From assembly GCF_004010195.1 (NCBI RefSeq), contig NC_057711.1:69990632-70054631 (forward strand): a stretch of DNA of 64,000 nucleotides, in the 5' to 3' direction. Source of the stretch: Chiloscyllium plagiosum. Taxonomy: Eukaryota. The position numbers were made by a program, and so were the translations under genes. Positions 61,041 to 64,000 of this stretch are shown here, piece after piece. The notes under the pieces are model-generated. The model was not told the origin of the DNA, did no database searches, and saw only the letters and a list, made by a program, of their open reading frames with translations. The stretch's first letter is position 1. The number at the start of each line of letters is the position of its first letter.

Positions 61041-64000
61041 TTGATATTCTTTTATACATGCCTGATGGGCATTCCTGAAACAATGATCTTTCTCCACAGT
61101 TCTTATATCATTGTCTTTCATTTCAAGTTCTGATTTTTCAAACCTGTATTTATTTGTTGATAATCTTACACTTTCTGTATTAAACCTCATCTATTATGGT
61201 TTTAGCCACTCTGAAAATTCTTGATGAGGTTCCAGACCTAGCATTTACCTTGATTTGCATATGAAAACAGCCTTTAGTGGCAAAAATATAATTGAATTGC
61301 CTGCTCATTTACAGCCTGAGCTGAACATGGCATCAGACAGAACATTGAGAATCACCCAGACTACTTTCCAATCTTCAGCTATTAACTGCTTTACTTTCAG
61401 GGAATGTAGTTTCAAATTCAGCAGTTCAGTGAGATAAAACAGCAGTCTGTAAAAGTGGGCTCAAGAAATATGATGAATTTTGCAGAACAAAATCTAATCT
61501 GTAAGTTGATAATCACCCTTTTCCACTTATTTAATTAAAATGTGCACAATTTGTTTGTATGGTTTTGGTCTTTTTAATAGGTTGCCAGCTATCTAAAATA
61601 AAAAGACAAGGTCTAGGTTCCTGTCAGAATTATACATTGCACCCCCACAGTTTCATTACAGGATATTTTAGTGATTAAGTAACGATAGTGCAGAATTTTA
61701 TTCACCTTTGGCTCTTATTTCTAAATAAAAGATTATATTCCTTGAAAATATGCCAATTCCTTAAGATTTAATTTAGTTTGTTTGATTTCATATTTAAAAT
61801 GTTAATTTTGTAAAACCAAAGACTACTAAAATAAAGACCTAACTTATGAAATTTTAAACAAAAATCAGTAGAATAAACAATACTTTGTGTTAAATAAAAG
61901 CTGCTTTAATTTTCTTGTTATTTTATCTTCTCTTATTAATTTATATTTATCTCAAGTTATGTTCCCCATCTGTGTATCATTTCATATATGCTGTATCCAA
62001 AGGTAACATTCCAAGCACAACCAGGTCTTTTATTTGCAAATGATTTTTATCACTCGTGTTAAGTAATTATTTTTTCTGGACAATAACAGAGGCTGTTTAA
62101 CTTTTAGCACTGCATTACAACACAAATAATCACTGGTCTGTCCTCAACTGCCTTTACGTACTGTTTGTCTTGTACTTGATCCATGTGCTTCACTGTACTA
62201 CAGTTCAGACTGGATCAGATATCATTCCATTACCTCACACCATGTCTTGTCACCTGTGAGCATTCATGGGAAATGATAAACTGTCTGAACCACAGACCAT
62301 GTTAATTCTTCCTGTGACATGAATCAGACGAAAGGTGACAAGTTTAGCACTGGTTCACTGAGTTAGAAAGCCACGTAATTAGTCATTTCGGTTACTTCAT
62401 GGCCCATTTCATTTTGGATCCCATGCCCTTTTGTGTGTACAGCAGTTGCCCAATTTGTTTTCAAAAAAGATTCTGGTATTCTTTAACAAAACATTCCATT
62501 TGGCAAAAGTTTTTTTCCCAATAAAAGTGAAAAGCGCTTATAAATAAATCTAGCAATTTAAGTAGACTGAAGTTCTAAAAACAATTCTATTCAACTGTTT
62601 TTATAAGGAAAACAGAACACTTTCTTAATAATTAATCCATATTATGTTAGCAAGCTAATTTTCTTCCTTAATGTAGTTGCGATTAAAACGCAAATGAGAA
62701 ATTACCTAGCATATTACTGTATCGACCCTCCAGAGACAGATTATCTGGCCACAAATGGTTCTCATTCCTGCTTCATGTCAAAATGTAATAAGCTTAGACT
62801 GGAGGAATCCAAATCAGAAATGTAATGAAAATACAGTAGAGGTCTGGGAAAATTTTAAAGCAGAGGGTTAAAATAATTAATGTCTTTGATCAAGCATCAG
62901 AAGGATTTTTTTCTTTCATAGTACTTTTACAAGCAAAAAGTACAGAGACTCTGAATTTCCTCAGAACAGAATTCCAATACTACCACTAAGAATAGGCCTG
63001 CTTCTGCCCTCCAGTGTCAATGCTGGTGAGGGTTTGCAAGGTCAGTTATAAGGGACCATATTTGCACAAGGACGGAGGAGGGGGATCTAAGTCTTTTTAA
63101 GTTGCTTGCCCAACCCATAAATCTGAAAAATATTTGTTAAGGTCCACCAGTTGATGGTGGGGTGGGTTGGGTGTAGATGCTTACCTCAGCAATTTTTTCC
63201 TTTGCATCTTGTGTAGGGAAAGTGATCAAAGATATTTGCTTACGAATGACTCAATTTTGATTCCTCAATAGATGTACCAGACTCATCTGAAACATGTGTC
63301 TTGACTGAACCAATAAAGGAGCAACTTCTGCTACTTGTATCTATACACCTGGTGAAACTAGGTATCCCTTTTTTTTGGAGACTTTTACCAGCATCCTCTC
63401 CAGAGTTATGGCAAGGAATAATGGAGGAATAACAGATCTAAAAGTAGCATCAAAGTTATTGTAGAGTCAGTGGGTGGAATCCCAGACTAGTAGAGACAGC
63501 TTTGATGAAATGGGGAATTTTTGGAAGCCGCACATTGAGTTTGTTCTCTGACAAAATTCCTGCTTCCATTCCCTCTTGCTGAAACATGCACTCATGGAGT
63601 GGCAATGTGTTTCACAGGGACGAAGCCAATTGGTGCAATCAAGGACCTACTCAGCTCAATGATGGTAATTGCCTAGATTAACTACCTCAGTACGTTGGTG
63701 TCTTTTCCAGAGCCTGCTGGCATCTTCCCAATGTCAGATGGGTCCGACACGTTTGAAGTTCCCTTAACTGCAAAATCCACAGAGCCACTGCAATGAGAAG
63801 GCCACAGTGCAACCAGAAAGAAATAGATACAATCCCTGAAATTTATCAAGCAGCATTTAATTTTGCCCTGTATTTCATCCATTCGCCTAAATTAAACTAT
63901 AATGACAAGATAGCTTCCAATTTCCATCTGCTACAAAGATAGCTTATATTTAATAATCATTGAAAAACCTAATCTTTGGAAAATTGTGGAAAATTTATTT

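Larger units (their letters stand above)
19985..64000 (+). other. Large PRDM6 intron (more than 44 kb; downstream PR/SET and zinc-finger exons not seen)
   Basis: No ORF resembling the expected next exon (IYDQDG..HFIDG..WMRYIRCAR) found in the ORF track or by eye. An exon under 60 aa could have been missed. Confidence 0.7.

Overview
Eukaryotic genomic DNA from a cartilaginous fish. The HE1/V-SINEs, CR1 (HER1-like) LINEs and Deu-domain SINEs point to a shark; a carpet/bamboo shark is a tentative inference. The only host gene I can support is the 5' part of PRDM6 on the + strand: coding exons 13440-13911 and 19680-19984, joined in frame (R|CDMC). The next PR/SET exon was not found, so 19985-64000 is probably one intron of more than 44 kb. 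Upstream are a ~3 kb 17-bp-unit minisatellite with higher-order repeats (1-3010) fused to an HE1 SINE, and a CpG-retaining, nearly repeat-free domain of about 13 kb around the gene start. The intron is dense with nested CR1 LINEs, SINEs and a Harbinger-type Myb/SANT relic. The most striking signal is about a dozen short Penelope-like-element (PLE)-derived inserts carrying minimal hammerhead ribozyme motifs (CUGANGA-stem II-GAAA plus a palindromic ACGU/AGCU stem III). Several are long fold-back palindromes with 12-16 bp target-site duplications. Two copies (43934-43968 and 45019-45054) have an intact catalytic core in the sense orientation of the PRDM6 pre-mRNA. A PLE 3' end with GIY-YIG-like coding remnant and its own hammerhead (22685-22952, minus strand) ties the motif to Penelope elements. 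All family assignments come from recalled consensus motifs, not database searches, and repeat boundaries are approximate.
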